Shown here: positions 48,932 to 58,885 of the stretch, in pieces
Layout of the letters: the number at the start of each line of letters is the position of its first letter
How positions within the stretch are numbered: the first letter of the stretch is position 1
Source: Planctomycetota bacterium
GTDB lineage: Bacteria > Planctomycetota > UBA8108 > SXIK01
Reading direction: 5' to 3'
Assembly (NCBI GenBank): GCA_965223265.1
Contig: OZ244999.1
Location: 3,840,001 to 3,904,000 of the forward strand
DNA: 64,000 bases
Made by a program: the position numbers and the translations under genes
The notes under the pieces: generated by a model
Told to the model about the DNA's origin: nothing
Databases searched by the model: none
Seen by the model: only the letters and a program-made list of their open reading frames with translations

Positions 48932-50347
48932 TCAAAACTCCCGGTAGTGGAGTGGGCTATAGCTGCGCACGTTGCCGCGAAACCACTCGAGGGTCTGCGA
49001 TGAGTACCTGATCTCGGTGACGCCGGCGACGGCTTGGATCAAGCTGCCATCGACCATGAGGCCACCGACCATTTGAATGTCGCCCGCGGCAGCGTCGAAC
49101 GCCACGTCGCCGCGCACGATGAGGACTCCTTCAAACTGAAACGGACCGCTGAGCGACACCGAGCCGTTGACAACCAAAATGCCCTTGCCGCCTTCCCCGG
49201 AAAGCTGGAGATCGCCGTCGGAGTAGATGATCGGCACGGCGATCTGCTCGAGCGTATCGGTGGTGCCGCCCATGAGAGTGCCGTCGGTCTCCTCGTAGAC
49301 TCCGGATGTGTCGGTACTCGTGGTGAAGAGGGAGCTCGAACGGAGCGTAGAGTCAGTCGTTGACTGCGTCGAGGTCGAAGTCGACGTCGAGTCGGTGCTT
49401 GATCTCGTGGTCGACATTGATAGGAAACCACTCGAGTCCGATGTCGTCGTATCGTGGGAGCCGCCCGACCAAGATGAAATCATTCCCGAAAGAAGAAGGC
49501 TGTAGTCTTGAGAGATGTTGAGATCGGTGTAGGAACCGGGAACCAGATGTCGCGTCGCCTTACCGCGAAAGGTGTCGAAGACCGGACCAAAAACATCGCC
49601 GTCGATTTCACCCACCGAAGGTGTTCCGTCGGCTCCCTCGATCGTCAGCTGACCGGCCTGCGACGTCTGCGACAGAAGCGCCAGCAGATGATCTCCTGGA
49701 GACTCGCCGGCGTTCGTCGTCAAACCGGGTAACGTTTCGCCGCCGCCCGACGTCGAGCTGTCGTTGCCGCTCAGGAGCAAGTTGGCACCGGCGAGCACCT
49801 CAAGCTGCATCTCCGGGTTGACGTACGTTGCTGACGGCAGCGCGAATCGCTCCAGCTCATTGCCGTAGACGCGCTCGAGAGTCACGGTCTCGGTTGCGGT
49901 GAAGCACGTCGAGACGATCCGAAACACGCCGCTGTACGGCGTCGGGTAGACACTGACGAGAAGACGCGCGCCGATCTCCGGCGGTCCGATCGGCACCGGA
50001 GCCAGGTTTGGCTCGCCCGGAGTCGGGATTCCATCGCCCTCGCCGGAGTCGAGCGATCCCGCGATACGGTCGGCGCCGATGTCGTCGTCGCTCGTCCAGT
50101 CGATCGTGCCGACGTTGCCTTGATTGCCGGAGACGTAGTTGTCGAAGTCGTGCGCCGCGAGGGTGAAGCCGGACTCCGCGTACATTCTCAGGTCGAATCG
50201 CGTCGCGTAGGCGTGCGCTTGGCGCAGTCCGTCGTGCATGAGTGATGCCTGCAAAGTCACGAGAGTGACCATCGCCATGACGACGACAAGCGTCAGGGCT
50301 AAAACGCTGCCGCGTTCACCGGTGGTCTCTCGAATGACGCTCCGCAC
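48932..50347 (-). CDS. PilX/GspK-like minor pilin with Ser/Thr-rich insertion
   Basis: 'ERG|SVLALTLVVV' without Glu5, 'YAESG', C-terminal 'GILVVNG...FEGVLIVRG' beta-helix. Confidence 0.75.
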   Translation of the reverse strand: MRSVIRETTGERGSVLALTLVVVMAMVTLVTLQASLMHDGLRQAHAYATRFDLRMYAESGFTLAAHDFDNYVSGNQGNVGTIDWTSDDDIGADRIAGSLDSGEGDGIPTPGEPNLAPVPIGPPEIGARLLVSVYPTPYSGVFRIVSTCFTATETVTLERVYGNELERFALPSATYVNPEMQLEVLAGANLLLSGNDSSTSGGGETLPGLTTNAGESPGDHLLALLSQTSQAGQLTIEGADGTPSVGEIDGDVFGPVFDTFRGKATRHLVPGSYTDLNISQDYSLLLSGMISSWSGGSHDTTTSDSSGFLSMSTTRSSTDSTSTSTSTQSTTDSTLRSSSLFTTSTDTSGVYEETDGTLMGGTTDTLEQIAVPIIYSDGDLQLSGEGGKGILVVNGSVSLSGPFQFEGVLIVRGDVAFDAAAGDIQMVGGLMVDGSLIQAVAGVTEIRYSSQTLEWFRGNVRSYSPLHYREF

Positions 50348-50363
50348 GACTCGTCTGTTCCTT

Positions 50364-50942
50364 TCAATTACGAAAATTCACGGTCACCGTTGAAGACACA
50401 CTGAGCTGGGTCTCCGTGCCCTTCTTGGCAGCGACGTTTGTCACCGACAGCTGTACGGCGTCCGAACCGACGGCGGCGAACGCCGAACGATCCACCGCGA
50501 CCCCAGCGCAGACGACCGCGAATTCTCCGGTCATCAAGTTTCGGCGTACGATCCGGCCGTCGTCGACAATGCCATCGCCATTGTCGTCGGCGCCGTTTAC
50601 AGTTTCGCCCGAGTTCAACCGAATCTCGTAGCTCACCTGGTCCCCAGCAACGGAACCGGTTTCGTCGTACCCGGCTGGGAGCGTCAGCGTCAGCACGCGC
50701 CCTGCATTCTCCACGATGGCGCTGCCGCGCATAGCCCGCCGCACGTCGCTGCTGACACGATCAACCACAATGCGGTTGCGCTCGGCGAGGCGGTTGTGAA
50801 GATCGTTCTCGAGCGATGAGCTCGTCGCCGTCAAAAACGTCGCCACGAGCGGGGCACCCAGCGCAGCGGTCAGCGCCGTATAGAGAGCCACCTCAAATAG
50901 TGTGTGCCCTCTCGACCTGACGCTCATCCGACGCTGTTTCAA
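50364..50942 (-). CDS. Prepilin-type protein (PilW/GspJ-like)
   Basis: 'RG|HTLFEV', 'SSDVRRA', C-terminal 'TVNFRN'. Confidence 0.78.
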   Translation of the reverse strand: MKQRRMSVRSRGHTLFEVALYTALTAALGAPLVATFLTATSSSLENDLHNRLAERNRIVVDRVSSDVRRAMRGSAIVENAGRVLTLTLPAGYDETGSVAGDQVSYEIRLNSGETVNGADDNGDGIVDDGRIVRRNLMTGEFAVVCAGVAVDRSAFAAVGSDAVQLSVTNVAAKKGTETQLSVSSTVTVNFRN

Positions 50943-51020
50943 TGGCGGCGCTCTCTATTCTTGACGAATACCTCGACGAGTTCGAAACCATCAATTGTCC
51001 AGTTTTGGGGCAGTTTCCCG

Positions 51021-51761
51021 CTACCGACGGACCTTTGACGTCGAAGAGTACGATGGATTATCGATGTCGTCAAATCGACTACGTTCTCGCACCCTTTGAC
51101 GCAGCACATTCTCCCAAGCGGTGACGTCTTTCCCGCAGCGCGCGCCCGTGGCACGCTCAAGCGACCTGATGAGGGCACGCTGCGTGGTCTCGTCCTTTTC
51201 CGTTGCGAGGAGCGCGACGAGCGCCTCGAGTCTGACCTTCCAATCGCCCAGAGTCTTGATCGCGAGTTGACGATTCCTCGCGTCGCGTTCGCTCCGCAAG
51301 TAGCGTACGAGCTCAGAAGCCCCAGCGTCGCCGAGCGAGCGTACAGCGCCGACGGCGCTGCGTCGAACGAGTGGTGAGGCGTCCCAAAGGCCCTCAGCAA
51401 CGACCGCGAGATCGTCTTCGACGTTACCCAAATCGCCGAGCACCCTGAGGGCGAAAACCTTTGCGCGAACCCTGCCGCGCCGACTCTCGCGGACAAGAAC
51501 AGTTCGCGATTCAGGATAGGAACGTCTGAGAGTCTCCATCGCACTATGCAGCGTCGCTGCGTCCGACGACGTGTTGAGGACTTCGACTGCCGCGCGGAAA
51601 CGCTTCTCGGCATCTGCCTTGCGCTTCGCGTCCGCGAACGAATCGGCGGCGGTCGCACCGCTCGTCAGAACGCCGATGAGAAAACAACCCATCAAAAAAG
51701 AGCCGATCAATCGGCAGCTGATCGGAGACGATTTTCTGAGTCGGAGGTGCTTCGTTGGCAT
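51021..51761 (-). CDS. Exported HEAT-repeat protein
   Basis: Signal-like 'FLIGVLTSGATAA', 'LWDASPLVRRSAVGAV', 'LERATG...GKD..AW'. Start uncertain. Confidence 0.7.
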   Translation of the reverse strand: MPTKHLRLRKSSPISCRLIGSFLMGCFLIGVLTSGATAADSFADAKRKADAEKRFRAAVEVLNTSSDAATLHSAMETLRRSYPESRTVLVRESRRGRVRAKVFALRVLGDLGNVEDDLAVVAEGLWDASPLVRRSAVGAVRSLGDAGASELVRYLRSERDARNRQLAIKTLGDWKVRLEALVALLATEKDETTQRALIRSLERATGARCGKDVTAWENVLRQRVRERSRFDDIDNPSYSSTSKVRR

Positions 51762-52174
51762 CGACACAAGTTCCAAGGGTTCGAGTCGGAACGGTGGCGC
51801 ATTCCGAAAAAGAGGGCCATTCAAGAATAGGATGGCACGCGCAATGGCGTCAAATCGCGGTGGGAGTGTCTTGCGGGGTGGGGGAATGTGAGAGGAGGAG
51901 GGGGAGGAAACAGAGACAGACCCTACAGTTGCATAAACTTCTCGCCCGAAGACCTCAGAAGCCCTTGTTCTACGGCTCGATCGGCAGTTGGGGGACGTCG
52001 CGGCGAACGTCACGCTTGGTGAGGTTTGTCGATGTGCCGTGTTCTACCAATTCGGACCATCGACCGAACTGGCGTCCGTTGGTGACCCGCGTCCTCCACG
52101 CACGCGCACACGGAGAGGCTGTGAAGGTTTAACACGTGCCGTCAAAACTTGCGCTCCGCACGGTCACCTCCGGA

Positions 52175-52313
52175 ACGGCACACGGCGTGTGCCTGCTACT
52201 ATAAAGACGGCGCCGATACGCTCTTCAAAGTAGCAGGCACACGCCGTGTGCCGTTGCGGAGAGTTGCGATGGCAAGTTTCGAAAAATTCACAGCCTCGGA
52301 GTGTGCCTGCTAC
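52175..52313. repeat. GTAG-type REP doublet (REPIN) plus a partial third REP
   Basis: ACGGCACACGGCGTGTGCCTGCTAC (52175-52199) and its inverted copy GTAGCAGGCACACGCCGTGTGCCGT (52230-52254); partial CGGAGTGTGCCTGCTAC (52297-52313). Confidence 0.85.
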
Positions 52314-52751
52314 TTGAGCACTCGCACTCGCTCACGGTCTTGAAGTGTCTCTCTTTTGCAACATTGGGGACAGATACAGAGGACGAAGGCGGAGGCAGCG
52401 GGCGGAGGCGGAGACAGACCCCATTGTTGCAAAAGAGAAACACTCTTAGGCCATGCGCGTTTGCGTTTACATGGGCGTGGGCGTGGATCCTCGAGCGCCT
52501 GCCGCTTCTCTGCTTGATCTTCGCTTGCTTCTGTTCAAAATTCAAGAGATCAGAACAAGAGTTGAACAGAAGGAAGCCAAGTCAGCGAAGGACGACCGTC
52601 CAAAGGAACAGGCAACGTCGTGTGTCGTCTGGTCTGGCACACTACGAACAGATACAGAGGATGGAGGCGGAGGTAGAGGCAGAGGCCGAGGCACGCCGCT
52701 TTCGCGCGCACACGCGGTCACACACGAACTCGCACTCGCGCATCGGCCTAT

Positions 52752-52911
52752 CAGCCCGTTGAAAAAGTCATTCGGCCGAGAAACTGGCCTCTTCACGCCC
52801 AGCTCGACCGACGTCAATACTCGATAATCCCGAAGATTGCCTGCGTTTGCCGCGGCCGATCTGGAAGCGAAGCGACCAGTTTTCGACTCGAAGCACTATT
52901 TCAACAGGCTG
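52752..52911. mobile_element. MITE copy 4 (160 bp)
   Basis: IRs CAGCCCGTTGAAA / TTTCAACAGGCTG, TSD CTAT (52748-52751, 52912-52915). Confidence 0.9.
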
Positions 52912-53064
52912 CTATGGCACGAGACACCCGCGCGACGAACGCGATGAGGTCATCGCAACGAAACACCCGCTCGACGAGCGCGACGAAGTCGTCGTCAGAG
53001 GCGGAGGGCGAAGCGCGGAGACGGTGCGGGTACGCGCTCCCTCACCGAGATGAATGGCGGTCGA

Positions 53065-54633
53065 TCACTCGACTCCCCGCGTCTTCAGAAAAGCCTTCAC
53101 CTGGCCGTCAACAACTAGCTTCTTGACGCCGATCTTTCGCGCCACCTTTGCCGTTTCGTCGACCGAGACACCGTGTTCGTCGCCCATGTAGAGAGACCAA
53201 AGCCCCCAGACGCGATTGCCGTTTGAGCCGTGAATCAACACGGGTTTCGGTGCCTGCCGCAGCGTTTCGAGGAAGAGCTTCATGCGCGCGTCGTCGAGAT
53301 TCGCGGGCGCGACCGGAATGTGAAAGTACTTAAAGCCGATCGATTCTGCCGCCACGTCTTCATCGAATCCCAGCCCACCAAGCTCGCGTTTCATACGGAC
53401 GTTGATCACACTCTTGATCCCCAAACCCCACGCGTCTTCAAGGTCTGGCTGAGCCGGCTGTCCAGTGAGGTGAAAATCTCCGAGGCGATGCGACACGCCT
53501 CGCAGGACACCGACTTCAGATTTGACCGGCATCAACGCCTGCGGCCAAACGCCGGGCTTCGCGCTCTTTTTCGTCGCTGGTTTCTTCGCGTCCGAGACGA
53601 CCGCTGGAGCGGGAGCGACGGGGCGCGCGGCGGCTACGCGCGCGGCGGCGCTACTCGCATACGGCACGCCACGCCCCGCTTCCTTGACGGCTGCGTTCCA
53701 TGTTCGTATTCCGAGGTCACGCAGAACCAGCGCCTGCGCCCACCGATCGGAGAGCTCTTCTCCTGACTCATTCACGATGCTATACGGCGGCGGCCCCAGC
53801 TCGCTCTTGAACACGAAGACATCACCGGGACCGGCGCCCCGCAGCCAGCTCACCATGGCCGTTTTCCACCAGCGCGCAAAGCGTGCCGCATGTTCGTTGT
53901 CGCCACTTGGTCCGACGTCAATCTGTACCTGTTGACCGTTCCCAACGCGGCCGTCTAACATGCCCGTGCGTGCCAAAACCGCATCGAACACCTCAGCGAT
54001 GCGGCCGCGTGCCACGCCACCGACACTGTACGACACGACGAAATGCGACAGGTCGGCATGAAATTGAATCGAGTCGATGGTGCGGGCCCACTCACCGGTA
54101 AGGAGGAGATCCTGAGTGATTGAGCCGCGGTGCGTCTCGACGTAAAACGGCATCTTCGCCTCGCGCGCCAGCACCATCATGGCGCGAATCTTAGCGGCTC
54201 CCTCGTCATAGGTCACGAAAGTGGGGCGAATCATCGCAACGAGGGCTCGAGCGTCCATCCGCTTCGCAGCGCTGAGAGCGACATGTAGATCCTCGCCGCT
54301 ACTCGGGGCACACTGCAGTGTCAGCGCCAGGTTGTGTTTCTGTGCGAGGGCTCGGTATTCGTCCTGATCAGACTCTGCGCTGGGAAGAAAAACCATAAAG
54401 CCGTCGAACGGAGCACCGGCGATGCGAGCCACTTGTTGTTCGCGGTTCCAAGCTGGAGCGCCGCGCGGCAGCCCGCCCATGGCCCAGATCGCCTGCTCGA
54501 CCTCAAGTCGCGGCGGCGATTCACTGCCATCGTTGATCCACTGCGGTGCGGCGGTGAGCTCGCCTCGCGGCGAGATCCAAAGGGCAAACACAAGAAACGT
54601 CAGAGCAGCGCGGAAGAGGGATAGGTAGTACAT
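53065..54633 (-). CDS. Exported fusion: xylose-isomerase-like TIM barrel + DUF442/BLH phosphatase-like domain
   Basis: 'VETHRG..TQD', 'ADLSHF', 'GRVG', 'ELGPPPY'; C-term 'GQP...D...GIKSVINVR...KPVLIHGSNGNRV'. Confidence 0.75.
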   Translation of the reverse strand: MYYLSLFRAALTFLVFALWISPRGELTAAPQWINDGSESPPRLEVEQAIWAMGGLPRGAPAWNREQQVARIAGAPFDGFMVFLPSAESDQDEYRALAQKHNLALTLQCAPSSGEDLHVALSAAKRMDARALVAMIRPTFVTYDEGAAKIRAMMVLAREAKMPFYVETHRGSITQDLLLTGEWARTIDSIQFHADLSHFVVSYSVGGVARGRIAEVFDAVLARTGMLDGRVGNGQQVQIDVGPSGDNEHAARFARWWKTAMVSWLRGAGPGDVFVFKSELGPPPYSIVNESGEELSDRWAQALVLRDLGIRTWNAAVKEAGRGVPYASSAAARVAAARPVAPAPAVVSDAKKPATKKSAKPGVWPQALMPVKSEVGVLRGVSHRLGDFHLTGQPAQPDLEDAWGLGIKSVINVRMKRELGGLGFDEDVAAESIGFKYFHIPVAPANLDDARMKLFLETLRQAPKPVLIHGSNGNRVWGLWSLYMGDEHGVSVDETAKVARKIGVKKLVVDGQVKAFLKTRGVE

Positions 54634-55023
54634 GGAAGTTCGCGAGTTTGAGCGGATTGATTCGAGAGCAGCGACCGTGAACGACAAGGTGGGATCGGCA
54701 GGCCAGGCGTCTGCGCACGGCAGCCATTGCTAAAGGCTGCCGGTCGGTTCCCGTCTGGAGCGACCGCGGCGTGCGCGCTTTTCCTGGTGGTCGAGAACGA
54801 CGCTGGCTGGCCGGGCATGAAGAGGCTCGGCCTTCGGCCGAATGACGATTGATCAACAGCAATAGCCTACCATGGCGCCATCAGGGTTGCAGCGGCGTGG
54901 ACTGGCGATTTCGCGGCGCAAACCCCTTGAGCCTGCCGCGTGGGTCGCGGATCATGCTACAAAGTCTCAGACCCGGCAAGCTGAACGTGACGTCCCTTCG
55001 CCGTGGACCTGCAAAGGAGAATC

Positions 55024-55605
55024 ATGGGCGCCAAAAAGATCCTACTGCTCGCCGGCGACTTCGTGGAAGACTACGAAATCATGGTTCCGTTTCAGACCCT
55101 GCAGACGGTGGGGCACACGGTGCACGCGGTGTGCCCTGGCAAGCGGGCCGGCGAGTCGGTCCGCACTGCGATTCATGACTTTGAAGGTGACCAGACATAT
55201 AGCGAAAAACCTGGCCATAACTTCTCGCTGAATTCCGACTTCGACGCGGTCGAACCGAGTGATTTCGACGCGCTGGTGATTCCGGGTGGTCGTGCGCCCG
55301 AGTACCTTCGATTGGATGCCAAAGTCCTGGAGGTCGTCCGCCACTTCGTGACCGGCAACAAGCCCGTCGCGGCGATCTGTCACGCCGCCCAGCTCCTCGC
55401 AGCCGCCGGCGTGCTGGAAGGACGACGATGCGCGTCGTACCCCGCATGCGCACCGGAAGTTCGGGCGGCTGGTGGCGAGTATGTGGAACTGGCGATGGAC
55501 CAAGCTCACGTCGACGGCCAACTGGTCACCGCGCCGGCGTGGCCGGCGCATCCTGCTTGGCTGCAAAAGTTCTTGGCGGTGTTGGGGACGAATATCCAGC
55601 CATGA
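55024..55605 (+). CDS. DJ-1/PfpI family protease/deglycase
   Basis: 'GDFVEDYE', '[11 protein letters not shown]', 'AAICHAAQ', 'TAPAWPAHP'; SD AAGGAG. Confidence 0.93.
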   Translation: MGAKKILLLAGDFVEDYEIMVPFQTLQTVGHTVHAVCPGKRAGESVRTAIHDFEGDQTYSEKPGHNFSLNSDFDAVEPSDFDALVIPGGRAPEYLRLDAKVLEVVRHFVTGNKPVAAICHAAQLLAAAGVLEGRRCASYPACAPEVRAAGGEYVELAMDQAHVDGQLVTAPAWPAHPAWLQKFLAVLGTNIQP

Positions 55606-55648
55606 TCTTGTATCAGTCCGTAGATCTTCATCGAAACAGAGGAGAGAC

Positions 55649-56806
55649 ATGATGCGTCATGCGCACACGACTGCACGCCGCCCGTGGCACGCAGCAGCGA
55701 CGATCGGCTGGTTGGTGCTAGGATCGGTCTGCCTTCCTGCCTGCAGGTCCATCAACATAACGATTTCCGAAGCGACGTTCGGAGAAACTGGCGATGGCGA
55801 GATCGTCAAGTCGTTCACGATCGTTAACTCAAACGGCGTCAAAGCGAAGCTCATCACCTACGGCGCACTCCTCACAGAGCTACATGTGCCGGATAAGACA
55901 GGTGCTCATGGCGACGTCGTGCTCGGCTTCCACGACCTGTCCAGCTATCTCAAGGGACATCCGTTCTTCGGTTGCACTACTGGTCGATTCGCCAACCGCA
56001 TAGCGAAAGGGCGGTTCACACTGGACGGCGTCGAGTACGCCCTCGCAACGAACAACAACACGAACCACCTCCACGGCGGCGACAAGGGGCTCGACAAACG
56101 CATCTGGACGGCGGAGATCGTCGCGTCTGGCCGTTACCCAGGGATACGCTTCCGTTACTTAAGCCCCGACGGCGAAGAAGGCTATCCGGGCAACCTGGAC
56201 GTCAGCGTCACCTATACCCTGACCGACGACGATGAGATACGAATCGACTACACCGCAACGACCGATCGACCGACTCCTGTCAACCTAACGCACCATTCGT
56301 ACTTCAACCTTGCCGGCGCGCTCAGCGGTCGTGACGTCCTCGGGCACCGCATGATGGTGGCGGCCAGCCATTTTACCCCAGTCGACGCGGAGAGCATCCC
56401 GACCGGCGAGATCCGTCCGGTGACGGCTTCGGCGATGGATTTCACAGACCCCGTCGCGATCGGAGCTCGCATCGAAGAAGTCTCTGGGGGCTACGACCAC
56501 AACTACGTCCTCGACGGCGACATCGGCGACCTCAAACTCGCGGCACGCGTCGAAGAGCCAGAGAGCGGTCGCGTCATGGAGGTTTTCACAACAGAGCCGG
56601 GGCTGCAAATCTATACCGGCAACTATTTGGATGGTTCGATTCAGGGCAAAGGGGGCGTCGCCTACCAGCGCCACGCCGGACTCTGCTTGGAGGCCCAGCA
56701 CTTTCCCGATTCCGTCAACCACAAAAACTTCCCATCAACCATCCTCCGCCCCGGAGAAACCTACAAGCAAACAACGGTTTACAAGTTTTCGGCAAACAAC
56801 GATTGA
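55649..56806 (+). CDS. galM: Aldose 1-epimerase (mutarotase) with predicted lipoprotein signal
   Basis: 'GRFANRIAKG', 'HLHGG', 'EEGYPG', 'NLTHHSYFNL', 'GYDHNY', 'CLEAQHFPD'; N-term 'LPAC'. Confidence 0.93.
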   Translation: MMRHAHTTARRPWHAAATIGWLVLGSVCLPACRSINITISEATFGETGDGEIVKSFTIVNSNGVKAKLITYGALLTELHVPDKTGAHGDVVLGFHDLSSYLKGHPFFGCTTGRFANRIAKGRFTLDGVEYALATNNNTNHLHGGDKGLDKRIWTAEIVASGRYPGIRFRYLSPDGEEGYPGNLDVSVTYTLTDDDEIRIDYTATTDRPTPVNLTHHSYFNLAGALSGRDVLGHRMMVAASHFTPVDAESIPTGEIRPVTASAMDFTDPVAIGARIEEVSGGYDHNYVLDGDIGDLKLAARVEEPESGRVMEVFTTEPGLQIYTGNYLDGSIQGKGGVAYQRHAGLCLEAQHFPDSVNHKNFPSTILRPGETYKQTTVYKFSANND

Positions 56807-57027
56807 TCGTCTGTGGAAACAGCGCGAGGTCGCCTCGGCAGGCTTCGAGACGAAAACGCGGCAGCCACATTCACCGCATTCCGTCGCTGAAAGGAGCGGG
56901 CGCCCCGCAGCGTGCCAGCGCGTGGATCCTCAGCACGGCAATAGTGCGAATCGGCTCGAACGATCGAACGGACTGATCACACCCAAAATCCAGCACATCA
57001 AAGCTACAGACGAGCGAAAGGCGAACG

Positions 57028-58398
57028 ATGGATAGAATCACGCGCAGGAGCTTCCTGAACCGCTCGGCGAGCGCTGCCGTCACGCTCGGCGCCACGACAG
57101 TCGCGGGTCGCGCTCTCAGTGGCGTCGGAGCCAACGAAAAGGTACGACTCGCGGCGATTGGCGTCGGTGGTCGCTGCTCATCTCTCATTCGAGGTTTTCT
57201 CGAACGCGGCGATTGCGAGTTCGTGACATTCTGTGACGTCAATCCCAAGCGCGATCGTCTGCTCAGGTCCCTCGAACACGTAAAGAAAACGCAAGCGGCT
57301 GCGGCGCGTTACGACCAAGACTACCGGAGAGTCCTCGACGACCGCTCCATCGATGCCGTGGTCGTAGCAACACCTGATCACTGGCACGGACCGATGACGA
57401 TCTTCGCATGCCAGGCTGGCAAAGACGTCTACGTCGAGAAACCGCCTTCTCACAACGTGTGGGAGGGACGCAAGATGGTGGAGGCGGCGAGACGCTACGG
57501 ACGGGTCGTGCAAGCAGGGACGCAGAACCGCAGCGCCCCGTACCTGCGCCGTGCTCTCGAGTTGATCCGCGGCGGCGCACTCGGCGACATTCGAATTTGC
57601 AAAGTGTTCAACATGAAGCCAGGGTCTGCGTACCGCAAAGGTCCCAACGGCACGCCGCCCACCGGAATGGACTACGACACTTGGCTCGGCCCTGCATCGG
57701 CGCGTCCCTACAACGAAAGTGTTGTCTATGGTGGTCGCGGACACGGGGTCAAGGGCTGGCACCACGAGTGGGACTTCTCTGGCGGGGACATGGCTGACGA
57801 TGGAGTCCACCAGCTCGACATCGCTCGGTGGCTCACCGGCCAGGAGTTTCCCAAGAGTGTCTATGCCACCGGCGGAAACCTGGCATTCGACGACGACCGC
57901 GAAGTCCCAGACACGCAGATCGTCAACTACGATTTCAACGGCATGGTGATGACGTTCGAGTTGTCACAATTCACCCCGTACATGCGCAAAACAAACGGTG
58001 CCACACGCGGCGGTGATCTGTTTCCTCACTGGACCACGAATGCAACTCGGATCGAACTCTACGGAACCAAAAACCTCATGCTCGTCGGTCGCCACGGGGG
58101 TGGCTGGCAAATCCTGAGTCAGAGCGGCGAGGTCATCGATCAGCAGTTCGGCCGCATTCCGGATGCGCCTCACAAGGAGAACTTCATCAGCTGCGTGAAA
58201 AGCCGCTGTCGGCCGAACGCCGACATTGAGGAAGGACACAGAAGCGCGGCACTGGTGCATCTCGCAAACATCGCCTACCGGGTGGGGCGCAAGCTGGAGT
58301 TCGACCGCGAGAGCGAGACTTGCCGTGGAGATTCTGCAGCAAACGGCCTCATCAAGCGCGACTATCGCCGGGAGTTTTCCGTCCCCAGCGTCGTATAG
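57028..58398 (+). CDS. Tat-exported Gfo/Idh/MocA oxidoreductase
   Basis: 'TRRSFL' Tat motif, 'IGVGGR', 'ATPDHWH', 'VYVEKP', 'GVHQLD'. Confidence 0.93.
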   Translation: MDRITRRSFLNRSASAAVTLGATTVAGRALSGVGANEKVRLAAIGVGGRCSSLIRGFLERGDCEFVTFCDVNPKRDRLLRSLEHVKKTQAAAARYDQDYRRVLDDRSIDAVVVATPDHWHGPMTIFACQAGKDVYVEKPPSHNVWEGRKMVEAARRYGRVVQAGTQNRSAPYLRRALELIRGGALGDIRICKVFNMKPGSAYRKGPNGTPPTGMDYDTWLGPASARPYNESVVYGGRGHGVKGWHHEWDFSGGDMADDGVHQLDIARWLTGQEFPKSVYATGGNLAFDDDREVPDTQIVNYDFNGMVMTFELSQFTPYMRKTNGATRGGDLFPHWTTNATRIELYGTKNLMLVGRHGGGWQILSQSGEVIDQQFGRIPDAPHKENFISCVKSRCRPNADIEEGHRSAALVHLANIAYRVGRKLEFDRESETCRGDSAANGLIKRDYRREFSVPSVV

Positions 58399-58885
58399 CC
58401 TCGAGTTTGGCGCGGCGAACGAGACACGATTTCAGGGCGGCGCAGACTTGGAGCGACCAGAGACTCGGGCGAACCGGGTCCCTTCGGCAGATCAATCGTA
58501 CGCAAGCAATCCTCGAGTGTCGAAGATCGACGCCTCCTCTCGGCTCAATGCGATTTCCAATCACTGCTGAGGAAGCGATTCCCGTGCGCCGGCTAGCGGT
58601 GCGGAAAAGTCCGCAATCGACGCGCCCGACGCTTCAAAACGACTGGGTTGGCGCTGAGTCAGCTCAGTGTTTGGGAGGTCACGCTGCAGGTCGACTGCCC
58701 TGCCCACGCCGCGACACGGCCGACAATCCAGCTCGCCCGCCGTTGCAGAGGACGCTGGAAGTCTATATGTTATGAGGTGCCTCTCGGCGCCACCACGCCG
58801 CGTCTGCATCAGAAGCTCCATAGAGGCTTTACGTGTCGCAGGCACAGCTCTCGAACGTCGACCTAGAGTAGGAGAAACCTTTCGC

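Noticed and set aside
52301-52827. ORFs of 85-153 aa in the repeat-rich region
   Set aside because: Their translations are products of hexamer repeats and MITE sequence, with no SD or domain evidence.
44844-53000. Genomic island integrated at tRNA-Ala
   Set aside because: No integrase and no duplicated tRNA 3' end was seen downstream within the window.
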